Source: Desulfosudaceae bacterium (GTDB lineage: Bacteria; Desulfobacterota; Desulfobacteria; Desulfobacterales; Desulfosudaceae). From it: a stretch of DNA of 64,000 bases. Numbering within the stretch: position 1 is the stretch's first letter; every line of letters starts with the position of its first letter. Shown here in pieces: positions 21,057-30,945 of the stretch. A program made the position numbers and the translations under genes. The notes beneath the pieces are model-generated. The model was not told where the DNA came from. It did no database searches and worked only from the letters and a program-made list of their open reading frames with translations. Where the stretch lies: assembly GCA_963674745.2 (NCBI GenBank), contig CAXXDV010000002.1:1-64000 (forward strand), given 5' to 3'.

Positions 21057-21641
21057 ATGCCGAATATTTTAGCCAAAGTGTTGATACTGGTGATGGGCGG
21101 TTTTTATATTTACTGGATCTGGCTTACGACGGATCGCAGAATAAAATCAACCCCTGAATATCGTGACATGGCAGGAATTACATTCATGGCCGGTGCCGTT
21201 CTGATTCTCTGTCTTACAATAAATGCTTTAGCCTTTGTGCAAAGCACTTATGTTAACTGGATGACGATGGCTCAACAGGAGGTGTGGGACGTAAACGGTC
21301 ACTATGTGGGAACCCGGGCCACACGGTTTCAGTTGTATGTGGATCAGATCAACCTGTTTATCGGCACGGGGTATATGATGGGAATGATCCGGGACGCCGC
21401 TGCTTTAAAAGAAATCAGCCCGGTCTTAAACTCGAAAAGCACCGGCCTGGCAGCCCTGGATAACATGTTAAGACGGCTGGTGTTCCATCACTGGTGGCTG
21501 ATCGCGGGCATGCTGGTATTTTTCGGCCTCTCGTCCGGAACAGGTATGATGCTTTTTCTGGCCATTGAACTGACGATTGTGTGGGGAGGCGTCAGGATCG
21601 GCGCCATGATTCTCAGAAAAAGAGAGCAGCGCGGTCAATAA
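21057..21641 (+). CDS. Hypothetical membrane protein (about 4-5 TM)
   Basis: 194-aa ORF with several hydrophobic segments; no recognised motif. Confidence 0.7.
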   Translation: MPNILAKVLILVMGGFYIYWIWLTTDRRIKSTPEYRDMAGITFMAGAVLILCLTINALAFVQSTYVNWMTMAQQEVWDVNGHYVGTRATRFQLYVDQINLFIGTGYMMGMIRDAAALKEISPVLNSKSTGLAALDNMLRRLVFHHWWLIAGMLVFFGLSSGTGMMLFLAIELTIVWGGVRIGAMILRKREQRGQ

Positions 21642-21666
21642 AAATACCATCCTTGCAGGCGACAGT

Positions 21667-23172
21667 TTAAAACCGGTACTTCAGGTCAACAAACAGCCGG
21701 TTGTTGTCGTGAATGTTATCGTACATGATACTGTTGCCGTCCTGATAGAAGACACAGCCGGCCTTGATCGAGAGGTTGTCGGTTAACTCATATTCGGCGG
21801 TCAGCCGTTCAAAGGCACCGTCCTGAGCTTTACTCCCTGTTGTGATAACCAGCAGCATCAGCTCCAGTCGGTCGTGAAACAGGCGGTGTGAGATACGAAA
21901 AGCCGTTTCGAACCGGTTCTCGTCCGCGTAATCGGGTGCCTCCTTCATTTGCCGTTCACAGTCAAACAGGTGGGTCTGGACCAGTTCAAGAACGATCAGT
22001 GTGTCGGTAAATCCGGAATATTCAAAACCCAACAGCCCTTTTAAGCGGGTCTTTTTGTCGCCGGTGGTGTTGAATTGTAACCCATCGGTAAAGGCCAACT
22101 CGGTTTTCAACACCCAGCTTCCGCGGACCACATTGACCGAACACCCGGTCATGGTAAGCCGGGCATGTTGCTGTTCGTAAACAGGTACCCGGACAACGAT
22201 CGGTGCCATGCTGCCGTCGGGCAGGGGCGCCTGGCCGACAACCATGTCCCGGCTGCCCACGGTTTTGAAATGGCTTTCATCATTGAAGCAATAGGCCCCA
22301 TATAACGTCATGTCCCAGCCGTGGAAGATGCCCTTGAGTGCCATGGCCAGTTCGGTGTTTTTCAGGCGGCTGTCAGGTTTGTCTTCGGGTGGCAGCAGCT
22401 GATCAAAAGGGAAAAAATCGTTGCCGAATACCGGTTGTTTATCAAAACGTATTTCAGGAATGGCCATAACCGAAAGGCTGTAGTCACCGGCATAATAACT
22501 GAGTCTGGCCATACCCAGGGGCAGGCGAAGGTCCTCGATATCCACCATGCCTGGATCACGGTTATCTTCGGGGTTTACAATGTCGGTCACCCGGAAGTTT
22601 TCGGTATTGCCCCAGACAACGATCTGCCGGCCTACCTTCAGGTCCAGCGAGGGCAGCAAAGCGCCTTCGATATAGGTTTCGGTCAGCTCAATTTCACTTT
22701 CATATGCGTCAAGAACCTGATCGGTATACTTGTGCCAGCCGCGGAGATTATAGATGAAGTCATAAAACCCCTTGCCGCCCAGACGATAGCGCCAGGTATC
22801 GAAAATATTCCCGTCTAAAGTCAGTTCCAGCTCCGGCCGCAGCCGGGAGAAACCCCGGTAATCGGTGGTGCCGGGGGCAGGGGCTTCATGGCTGATGTTG
22901 TACACACCGGCCAGAGTGAATTCACCGGAAAGGTTCCAGTTTTTTTCCGGTATTCCGCTGTCCTGATCCGTTGTGTATGCAACCGTCTCGTCGTCCGTTT
23001 CAAATCCGGAAAGGACGTCTTCGTAAGACATGTCAGGTTTTGCAACAGGTTTGCCTGTGCCGCCGACTTCTGAAGCCGAAAGGCCCGGACAATATATAAG
23101 GCCGATGAAGAGCGGGGTCAGGAGAAATAAAATGTGCCGGAGGAATCGTTCAGGGATATAACAATACCGCAT
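21667..23172 (-). CDS. DUF1302-like outer-membrane beta-barrel protein
   Basis: Signal peptide; LDLKVGRQIVVWG motif; alternating beta strands; C-terminal DLKYRF beta-signal. Confidence 0.8.
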   Translation of the reverse strand: MRYCYIPERFLRHILFLLTPLFIGLIYCPGLSASEVGGTGKPVAKPDMSYEDVLSGFETDDETVAYTTDQDSGIPEKNWNLSGEFTLAGVYNISHEAPAPGTTDYRGFSRLRPELELTLDGNIFDTWRYRLGGKGFYDFIYNLRGWHKYTDQVLDAYESEIELTETYIEGALLPSLDLKVGRQIVVWGNTENFRVTDIVNPEDNRDPGMVDIEDLRLPLGMARLSYYAGDYSLSVMAIPEIRFDKQPVFGNDFFPFDQLLPPEDKPDSRLKNTELAMALKGIFHGWDMTLYGAYCFNDESHFKTVGSRDMVVGQAPLPDGSMAPIVVRVPVYEQQHARLTMTGCSVNVVRGSWVLKTELAFTDGLQFNTTGDKKTRLKGLLGFEYSGFTDTLIVLELVQTHLFDCERQMKEAPDYADENRFETAFRISHRLFHDRLELMLLVITTGSKAQDGAFERLTAEYELTDNLSIKAGCVFYQDGNSIMYDNIHDNNRLFVDLKYRF

Positions 23173-23181
23173 GAAAATCTC

Positions 23182-24456
23182 CTAAGAATCAGATGAAATG
23201 AATGATCGGTTCTGGTGTGTGATCTGTTGATGCCCGGTTAAGTTTATATCGTGAACAGGTGCGCTGGCATGGCCCGGGCATAGACCGTTTTCTATCCGGG
23301 CCATGAGGTTGTCCAGCCGGCCGCGTGAAGCCAGCGGTTCGGGCATGGATGCGCTGATGGAGACCGTTTCATCAAGCCCCAGAAGAATAAAAAAAACCGG
23401 GGTCGAGCACGAGGCAGGGGGGCGGACGGATACGGAGGACACGTTGAAATCAGATGTTGAAAACTGGTTTTTTTCAAAACGGCCGAAATTGGATACGAAA
23501 CCAGACACCCAGTATCGACCGGAATCAAATCCTTTCTGGTGTCCGCTTTCCAGCGCTTTGCGCAGTATCCAAATCGGCAGAAACGGGATCACGGCCTCGG
23601 CCGGAGCTAATTTTCCGTCAAACCCCCGGTGTCGATGAATCGATTGGTGAAGATCGGTGATGGTCGTATCCGGGGAGACCTCCAGATATACCGCCCTGGA
23701 GAGATTGGACGAGGAACGCAGGCCGGGTTTTCGGTGGCGCAGGGAAATGGGCACACCGAACACCACACGGCCCGTCGGATGATGATGCCGGGCGGCTTGA
23801 GCTGTCAGCAGCATAAGCCGGGGCATCAGACTTGATACCGGTCCCGGTAAATCCATGTGGGCAAAAAACATCCGGTTGTTTTTGCCCTGGGGCAGGCCGG
23901 TGGGCGCCACACACTGCCCCCCGGTCCATTTGGGCTCACGGACAGGGGAAATGCGGCGAAACTGATCCACCGATTCAGTCCAGCCCGAACCGGTGGGAGT
24001 TTCGCCGCGAAGGGCGCGAAAGACATCCAGAATCCACATCATCAGGCCCTGGCCGTCAATGACGGTGTGGTGCCCGCGAAAAATGATCCGTGTGTGGGGG
24101 GAGGGTTTCAGGATCACATCGCAGGTTGGGCCGCTGTGAATGGGCAGTGGATATTTAAAGATGGAGAGCCCTTCGACGCTTTTACCATGCCGGCCGCTAT
24201 CGTCGATCAGACGTACCGGCGGTGTTACACCTGTGTCCACCAGCCGACTGCCGTGAAGCTTGCCCCTGGCCACCAGCCGGGTGCCGGGGTTGGCCCTGGA
24301 TGCCGTTTTAACGGCATGCGTCAGGGCGTTGGCATTAATCTTACCGGTCCCTTCAACAATTACCTCGATGATCACCGGATAACGGTATTTCTTGTTAACC
24401 GTGTCGGCGGCCATGTAAAGGCGGGGACCGTTGGTGATTTTTCGACCGGTCTTCAC
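23182..24456 (-). CDS. Stand-alone condensation-domain/CAT-fold acyltransferase (PapA5/alcohol acetyltransferase-like)
   Basis: Catalytic HHxxxDG motif (GHHTVIDGQG), VPISLR and VSNFG motifs of the C-terminal lobe; GTG start overlaps the upstream stop (GTGA). Confidence 0.75.
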   Translation of the reverse strand: MKTGRKITNGPRLYMAADTVNKKYRYPVIIEVIVEGTGKINANALTHAVKTASRANPGTRLVARGKLHGSRLVDTGVTPPVRLIDDSGRHGKSVEGLSIFKYPLPIHSGPTCDVILKPSPHTRIIFRGHHTVIDGQGLMMWILDVFRALRGETPTGSGWTESVDQFRRISPVREPKWTGGQCVAPTGLPQGKNNRMFFAHMDLPGPVSSLMPRLMLLTAQAARHHHPTGRVVFGVPISLRHRKPGLRSSSNLSRAVYLEVSPDTTITDLHQSIHRHRGFDGKLAPAEAVIPFLPIWILRKALESGHQKGFDSGRYWVSGFVSNFGRFEKNQFSTSDFNVSSVSVRPPASCSTPVFFILLGLDETVSISASMPEPLASRGRLDNLMARIENGLCPGHASAPVHDINLTGHQQITHQNRSFISSDS

Positions 24457-25718
24457 ATGAGCACCATTTCGTGACCCGGGGGAAACGCCATGTCGGCTTC
24501 ACGATAGACCTCGGAGGCTTCCGGCGCGTGAAGCTGGTAGAGAAGCACCGGCGTGGTGTCAAACATGTATCCGCGGGAAACCACCTCCAACAAACTTTGT
24601 TCGGTGTAATCACAAAACGACACGATATGATAATCTTTGGGCAGTCCGCTTTTATAAAGTGCGGATAACAGTTTGTCGAACACATGCAACCGCTGGTCGG
24701 AAGACAATTCATGATCCAGCTCAAGGGATGTCAGATAAAGGATGTCAATAGTTTCATTGGGACGGGGCACTTTAAGCCCCACCAGGGTCCCCAGTTTGGC
24801 CATGAGCGCCTTGTCCGGTGGGATGGCGTCGATATACAGCTGACGACCCCGACCGGGGTCAAAAACGCCGAATGCACCGACAATTTTACCTGATGAATTA
24901 CGGGCGATGAAAAAAGAAGACATGGAAAACCCGTCCCAGTGCTTCAGGCGGCGGTCCAGTTCTCCCGAGGGGCCTACGTAAACGAAACCAAAAGTTTTGG
25001 CACGACTCTGTCGGTCTAAAAATAACTTCAAGTCCTCTCGATCATCATCAGCGCCTCTGGTGACAATCAGTTTTTCCCCGGATTTTCCAATACCGTTCAG
25101 CCCCAGAACCTTCTGCGGCTTCCTGGCATAAATGTTGACCGCCTGATAGGTCGCCAGGTTGCTGACCATGAAATTATCCGGGGTTGTGGCGGCGTTGGAT
25201 TTTTCCGGCGCCGGCTTTTCTTTTTTTTCAGGGGGCGGCTGTTTCTTTTCTTTACTGTTTTTCCGGTCTTTGCCGATGGATGCCGTGGCATAAATATTGG
25301 TGGCAATATATGATCCATGAAATATGCGGCACCCTTCAAGTCCATCAAGTCCCTTGCCGATCCGGGTAAAGCTCAGCCCCAGGTCTTTCCAATCCCCTGA
25401 GATTGTTCGGTGTTTTCTTCTTTTGAATCGAAGATCAAGAAAATGTCCGACATGGTCGAGTTCACCATTAATGTAGCAGGGACGAACGGTTAAAGATACC
25501 ATACCTTCAAGTTCGCCGCGATTGTTGGGATAGCCGAATACATAATATTTATCGGCAGCGTATGATAAAAACCGGAAATAATCAGGCATCTTTTTTGTAT
25601 GGACGCTGAACTTTTCACTGGCCATAGAAATGCTGTTATAAAAGGTCTGGATTCTAGGGTTGTCCTCCGGTTTCATCAAGATACAGTCATGTTCTGTTGC
25701 AAAATCTTTTAAGTTCAT
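24453..25718 (-). CDS. Hypothetical protein, probable tandem GNAT-fold acyltransferase
   Basis: PDYF...GELEGMVSLTVRPCYINGELDHVGHFLDLRF resembles GNAT beta3-beta4; second unit FFIARNSSGKIVGAFGVFD; the two halves are joined by a Lys/Pro-rich linker. Confidence 0.55.
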   Translation of the reverse strand: MNLKDFATEHDCILMKPEDNPRIQTFYNSISMASEKFSVHTKKMPDYFRFLSYAADKYYVFGYPNNRGELEGMVSLTVRPCYINGELDHVGHFLDLRFKRRKHRTISGDWKDLGLSFTRIGKGLDGLEGCRIFHGSYIATNIYATASIGKDRKNSKEKKQPPPEKKEKPAPEKSNAATTPDNFMVSNLATYQAVNIYARKPQKVLGLNGIGKSGEKLIVTRGADDDREDLKLFLDRQSRAKTFGFVYVGPSGELDRRLKHWDGFSMSSFFIARNSSGKIVGAFGVFDPGRGRQLYIDAIPPDKALMAKLGTLVGLKVPRPNETIDILYLTSLELDHELSSDQRLHVFDKLLSALYKSGLPKDYHIVSFCDYTEQSLLEVVSRGYMFDTTPVLLYQLHAPEASEVYREADMAFPPGHEMVLM

Positions 25719-27403
25719 TAGACGGTCTCCTTGTTATACCTTACGGCCGCAATTGGTTGTTCTGTCCCGGCAGTTGTTGAATTCTGTTCTGTGAACATGA
25801 CGTTTAACTGCGGGGGAAGATCGCAGTTCCATAAAACCACCGGTTCAATTTTCAGGTTGCCTGCCACCATACCGCGGGAAGTGGCACGGAATTGATAAAT
25901 CGATGTCGCTTCCGGAGAAACAAGGCATTTGATATGCGTCAGCTGGCCCAGGTCCCGTGCCAGGTTGTAGTGATAAATTCTGCGAAGTTCTTTTTCAGCC
26001 TGATCGGCGATATCACCGGCCGGGCTGGGGTCGCTGCCTTCGCACAGCAGGACATAGCTGTCTGTTGCGCCGGAATGGGCGCTGGGAACGGCCAGCAGGC
26101 TGACCGGTTTCACCCCGTAATCACGTCCAGTCACGTCAAGCAGGTGCTGGGCGGCTTCAGGACTCAATTTTTCCCCCACCAGGTCAACGCCGTCCGACCG
26201 CCCCAGAAACAGAAAACAGGGACAGTTCCCCAGAAATCCGGTCACTTCCAGTTTGTCGTGCAGGCAATACCGAAGCAGGCCGGTGCCGGTTGTCAATATC
26301 GGTTGGACGATTTGTCCTTTTTCCAGTTCCCAGGCGTACCGGATATCACCGGTGTCAAAGTCCATGAATTCATAAAAATGACATTGATAGGTCAGGGGGT
26401 AAAAATTTTCAAAAGGCATGGAGACAATTCCCTCGGTGGCCAGAAGGCCTTTCCCGTCAAGTGCGACATGCGGGAGCAACCGTTTTAACTCTTTTGCCCA
26501 AGCTGTTGATGTCCAGGTGTTCCAGGAACTGATGACGCGCAGATTCGGCCACAGCCGGGCGAGGTTTGCCGGTGACAGGGCTTTATCCCAATCCTTTAAC
26601 GTGTCTGCGCCCTCCTGCGACCAGGGACACTGCAGATAGGCCAGAGATTGTCTGCTTTCCCCCCAGGTTCCGGTGTCCAGCACCATGGCGATTTCTTCCC
26701 GATGTTCCTGGATCAGGTCGAGTATATTTAAAAAGAAGGTGGGGCTCCAGATGGAGACCAAAGAAAGATTGTCAGCGGCACACAGGTAACAGGCAGTGGC
26801 GAACATGGACGCGTCCGATGTGGGGGCGTGGGCTACTTCATTGGGAACGGCCATGGTCAGGGACATGAACAACCGTTTCCACCAGGGCAATAAATTCAGA
26901 TCGTCGTTGATGTTCGGGCAGATGTGACTGCGCAGTTCCGTCGGGATCCAGGAAAGAGACCAGTAATGGACGCCCTTTTGGATACCCGGGTATTGCAGGT
27001 ACATGCGGTAGATCATGGGGGAAATAAAGGCGTCCACCTGGGCCAGAAATTGTTTGCTGTAGGGGATCCATTTGATGTTTGAAGTCGATCCACTGGTGGG
27101 CTGGTAGCGCTCGCAGGGGCTTGTGCTCAAAATGGCCTGGCCGGTCTGCCGTTGCCGCTCAATCATTTTCTCCCAGTGAAAGTATTCGGTCACCGGAATT
27201 TTAGCACGAAATCTTTCGACGGATTCGTCACCGGTTAATCCATAATGACGTCCCGAAGACGCATCTTTGACGTTTTTGAGAATTGCGGTCAGTATCCGCT
27301 CCTGATGCGGTCTGATATCATTCAAGCCGGATTTGTAAGCCAGGTATCCTCTTTTAGAGGCGGTCATGGCCGCACGGTGGGCTAGGTTTTTCCAAAGATT
27401 CAT
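25718..27403 (-). CDS. GH3-family (auxin-responsive-like) acyl-adenylate/amido ligase
   Basis: FRAKIPVTEY, PTSGSTSNIKWIP (motif I), LATEG (motif II), TTGTGLLRYCLHD (motif III), FLGRSD..DLVGEKL. Confidence 0.88.
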   Translation of the reverse strand: MNLWKNLAHRAAMTASKRGYLAYKSGLNDIRPHQERILTAILKNVKDASSGRHYGLTGDESVERFRAKIPVTEYFHWEKMIERQRQTGQAILSTSPCERYQPTSGSTSNIKWIPYSKQFLAQVDAFISPMIYRMYLQYPGIQKGVHYWSLSWIPTELRSHICPNINDDLNLLPWWKRLFMSLTMAVPNEVAHAPTSDASMFATACYLCAADNLSLVSIWSPTFFLNILDLIQEHREEIAMVLDTGTWGESRQSLAYLQCPWSQEGADTLKDWDKALSPANLARLWPNLRVISSWNTWTSTAWAKELKRLLPHVALDGKGLLATEGIVSMPFENFYPLTYQCHFYEFMDFDTGDIRYAWELEKGQIVQPILTTGTGLLRYCLHDKLEVTGFLGNCPCFLFLGRSDGVDLVGEKLSPEAAQHLLDVTGRDYGVKPVSLLAVPSAHSGATDSYVLLCEGSDPSPAGDIADQAEKELRRIYHYNLARDLGQLTHIKCLVSPEATSIYQFRATSRGMVAGNLKIEPVVLWNCDLPPQLNVMFTEQNSTTAGTEQPIAAVRYNKETV

Positions 27404-27420
27404 AACACCGGTCTCCTGTA

Positions 27421-28269
27421 TCAGGCGGCTTTCTTTTTGGAAGCATTCTGGCGATTGGCTGCAGATTGTGCGGTCGGCAATTTCTGTACTTTGTTTTTCG
27501 CGAACAGGCCGGCGAGTGTGCGCCGGACGAATTTTTTGCAGTATGCGGCAATGGAAGTCATATCTATTGCGCCGATGCAGGCCATTTCCATGCCTTTTTT
27601 GTTGTCCGGGTTTATCGATTCGTAAAAACGAATCTTGGGGTACTTCTCGAGCATTTCCTGGCTGACCGGTGCCACATCGTCTTTGATGGTCTGGTTTTCA
27701 TCTTTTCGGCCGAAATCCACCAGCCCGGTTGCCGGATCAAACTTATCGCCGTACATGTGGCCGGCCACCATGTGACATATTTCTCCAAGTTTTTGGACTT
27801 TAGCATCTGACCTTTTGTAATGGGGATAGTGATTCACCATATTGTTGGCAATGACCAGATAAGTGCGGAAACTCATGGAGATCATGAACCAGTATGTACT
27901 GAAAGGATGGCGCAGGAAAAACCGGACCAGAAAACCGAAGAGGGTGGCGGCCATGGGATTGTTTCCGGACGCGTTGCGTCCCCAGTAATCCCGATGGCAG
28001 ACGGTATCGCCGCAGAAAAAAACGTTTACTTTTCGTTTTTTATAAGGAAGGGCCATAATTTTGATGTTGGCAAATGCGATCAGCCTTTCGTTCGCCCGTT
28101 CACGCCACAGAAAGGAGCCTGTTTTGGCGCTTATATCCTGTTTGAAGGTTTCGTAATCGGCATTCTCATAATAGTCGATAAAAAGGCTGTGCATCTCCCG
28201 GATTGTCTCTTCGGCAATTTTGTTGACGGGTACCATTCTGGCTTTGATCTTTTTGGATTTAAACAGCAT
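27421..28269 (-). CDS. Hypothetical protein, probable GNAT-like fold, adjacent to the GH3 gene
   Basis: FFCGDTVCHRDYWG resembles GNAT motif A; YWFMISMSFRTY; FYESINP..GMEMAC; AAGGAG RBS. Confidence 0.55.
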   Translation of the reverse strand: MLFKSKKIKARMVPVNKIAEETIREMHSLFIDYYENADYETFKQDISAKTGSFLWRERANERLIAFANIKIMALPYKKRKVNVFFCGDTVCHRDYWGRNASGNNPMAATLFGFLVRFFLRHPFSTYWFMISMSFRTYLVIANNMVNHYPHYKRSDAKVQKLGEICHMVAGHMYGDKFDPATGLVDFGRKDENQTIKDDVAPVSQEMLEKYPKIRFYESINPDNKKGMEMACIGAIDMTSIAAYCKKFVRRTLAGLFAKNKVQKLPTAQSAANRQNASKKKAA

Positions 28270-30820
28270 GGCGGTTTTCTCCTTTGGTTGTTGTTAGGTT
28301 TTTTTGTTTTGGCAATGTGCTGTCGGAAAAAGTTGATTCATCAAGAGCGCCGGCGCCAGGTCGGATCGGCACGATGCCGTCTTCAACGTTGCGTGTCCCG
28401 TGTCCGGCGGCCATTACCATCAGGGCCGGTGCCAGTATAAAATCCGCCATCAGGGCCAGTACCAGCGTGATGGCCAGCAAAATACCGAATCGGCTGAGAT
28501 TGGGCATTTCCGCCATGGTTAATGCCAGAAAACCACCGGTCAACACCAGCGTCGTGATCAGCAAGGCGCGACCGGTCCCCAAAAGGGTATTGTGCACGGC
28601 CTTACGGGCGTCGCGGGTCTGATCGAAATGACGGCGGAAGTGATGGATGAAATGCATGGTGTCATCCACCACAAGGCCGATGGCGATACTGCCGATCATC
28701 AGGGACGTCATGTCCAGCGGGATGTCCAGCATGGCCAGTCCGCCCATGATCGTCAGTATGGGCAGCAGGTTGGGAAACATGGCGACCAGGCCTGTTTTTA
28801 TGTTTCCGGCCAGGAAAATCATCAGCACGGAAATGACGACTGCCGCCAGTATATAGCTTTCTTTCATGCTGGTCAGCGTGGCCGGCAGGGTTCGGGCCAA
28901 AATGACGGACATACCGGTCAGGTTGATGCGGGCGTGTCCGGTGAAAATATCGTCTGCAAGATGACGAATTCGGAGACTTAATTGATAGAGCCCCATGGAA
29001 TCGAGCCAGGGTACCTTGATGGATACCCGCGTTTTTGAAAAGGCCGTGTCGACAATCGGTTCGAGTTCGTCACGGCCGCTGTTTTCAAAAAGAAAAAGCT
29101 CCTGGGCGATCATTCTTCGTTCATCAGGAATGACATAAAACAAGGGATCGTCGTCGTTCAGGGCCTGATTGATTTCCTTTATAATATCAACAATGGAAAA
29201 GACTTTCTGGATACCGACGCGGGATATGCGTCGGATTTCGGGATCGTTTTTCAGCCGGTCGGCCAGGCGTTCAATCCGGTTCAGAATTTCGGGATCATGT
29301 AGACCGTTTTCTTCTCCGGTGTCAATGATCGCTTCAAAAGAGATAATCCCGGACATTTTTTTGTCGATCCGGATAATGTCGTGTTTGACTTTCATATGGT
29401 CTGAAAAATAATTGAGCATGTGGTCGACATATCGGAGTCGGGGCAGATACGCAGCTACCACTAACAGCAGAATGACGGAACCGATTATGATTTTTTTGGG
29501 ATGACTTACGGAAAAAGCGGCAAAACCGGCCAGAATTCGATCCGTCACCCGTGAGCGCCGGTTTTTGACGGCTTCAGGCTTTAATGGAAGCAGTGCCAGT
29601 ATGGGCGGGAGCATGCAGATGGTATAGGCCAGGGCAATGACAACACCAATGGCGGAGAAGATGCCCATTTCACCGATGGCCGAAATTTCGGCAAAAGCGA
29701 AAGACAGCAGTCCCGCAGCGGTGGTCAGGCTGGTCAACAGCACAGCCAGTGCGGTGCTATTCATGGCCCGGGCAATGGCATCTTCTTTGGTTGTGCTTCC
29801 CCGGTATTCCCGGAAAAAGGCCGAGAGAACATGTACCGAATCGGCAACCCCGACGCAGAGAATGAAAACCGGCAGAATGGCGGTCATGATTTTAATGTTG
29901 ACGTTTAACACGGCCATTATTCCCAGGGTCGATACAACCGACATGATCACAACCATAAGGGGAATGAAAACACCTGAAATGCGGCGGAAAAGAAAGATCA
30001 TCACCAGGATGATGGCCGCCATGGCCAGGAGCGCGCATCTTGTCATATCCGTCGCCACCGCTCGGTTAAAAACATCTACCACGACCGGGGACCCGGTGAA
30101 GCCGATATCAAAATCGTCCGCCTGGTATTCGGAAATAATCGTTTCGAGAACCGCCACGATTTCCCGGATCTCCCGGGCTGAGATGAAATGCGTGTCCGTA
30201 ACTTCCGGTTCCGGGTCGGTTTCAAAGCCATCTGAAAAGCCTGTCATAATGTCGGCATCGGAAATCGGCTCATCCACAATAACCGCCTGGGTTTTGATGA
30301 CAATGGCGGTCATGGTACCGTCTTTAGAGATGAAATGGTCCCGGTAAAAGGGGTTGGCCATAACCCGGCGACGCAGGGCTTTCATATCAACTGCTTTTTC
30401 GGGCCAGGACGCCAGGAGCTCATCGACTTGCAGGGTATCGTCTTTTCCACTGACACAGCGGGCCGTCAGCAGGCTGTCTACGTTTTTGAGGTACGGAACG
30501 GAGGCTTCGATATCACGGTGAAGGGCTTTGAGTTTTTTTAGAAAAGTTTCGGAGAAGATATGCTGTGATGAAATGGCAAGGATAATGCTTCGGTCCTGGC
30601 CGAATGTTTCCCGAAGCCGGTCATACTCAATACGATAAGGATCACTTTCATGCAGCAAGGCTTCCGATGAGGTGTCAAAGGCCAGATGCTTCATTTGCAC
30701 CAGCAGAATTATGGTGATCGTTATCAGCACCGTTAACGTCATCAACGGATGTCGATAAGAGATGCGGGCCCATTGTTCAAACCGTTTTTCAATGTGCGTT
30801 TTCAAATGTTTCATAGGCAT
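28259..30820 (-). CDS. MMPL/RND-superfamily lipid transporter
   Basis: Two repeats of TM + periplasmic domain + 5 TM; GVADSVH and GLVVDDTMH motifs. Confidence 0.93.
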   Translation of the reverse strand: MPMKHLKTHIEKRFEQWARISYRHPLMTLTVLITITIILLVQMKHLAFDTSSEALLHESDPYRIEYDRLRETFGQDRSIILAISSQHIFSETFLKKLKALHRDIEASVPYLKNVDSLLTARCVSGKDDTLQVDELLASWPEKAVDMKALRRRVMANPFYRDHFISKDGTMTAIVIKTQAVIVDEPISDADIMTGFSDGFETDPEPEVTDTHFISAREIREIVAVLETIISEYQADDFDIGFTGSPVVVDVFNRAVATDMTRCALLAMAAIILVMIFLFRRISGVFIPLMVVIMSVVSTLGIMAVLNVNIKIMTAILPVFILCVGVADSVHVLSAFFREYRGSTTKEDAIARAMNSTALAVLLTSLTTAAGLLSFAFAEISAIGEMGIFSAIGVVIALAYTICMLPPILALLPLKPEAVKNRRSRVTDRILAGFAAFSVSHPKKIIIGSVILLLVVAAYLPRLRYVDHMLNYFSDHMKVKHDIIRIDKKMSGIISFEAIIDTGEENGLHDPEILNRIERLADRLKNDPEIRRISRVGIQKVFSIVDIIKEINQALNDDDPLFYVIPDERRMIAQELFLFENSGRDELEPIVDTAFSKTRVSIKVPWLDSMGLYQLSLRIRHLADDIFTGHARINLTGMSVILARTLPATLTSMKESYILAAVVISVLMIFLAGNIKTGLVAMFPNLLPILTIMGGLAMLDIPLDMTSLMIGSIAIGLVVDDTMHFIHHFRRHFDQTRDARKAVHNTLLGTGRALLITTLVLTGGFLALTMAEMPNLSRFGILLAITLVLALMADFILAPALMVMAAGHGTRNVEDGIVPIRPGAGALDESTFSDSTLPKQKNLTTTKGENRHAV

Positions 30821-30926
30821 CCTGCAGGAAAGTGCTTCTTATTTTCAAAGAGAGACTTTATCAACTCAGATAACGTTTTCTCCCCGGGAACTGGCACCAC
30901 AATTAGTTCACATTTAAAATCAAAAC

Positions 30927-30945
30927 AATCGGGGAAACCCTGATT
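30927..30945. promoter_or_regulatory. Palindromic operator candidate upstream of the MMPL operon
   Basis: AATCGGGG-AAA-CCCTGATT near-perfect dyad; a similar half-site AAATCCTGAAT occurs 22 bp further on. Confidence 0.55.

Noticed and set aside
23182..24456. Fragment of a broken NRPS
   Set aside because: No NRPS-type adenylation, thiolation or thioesterase domain is adjacent, and the ORF is intact and coupled on both sides
30892..30906. Possible sigma54 site TGGCAC-CACAA-TTAG
   Set aside because: The -12 GC is missing, and it points away from the MMPL operon and lies far from the next start
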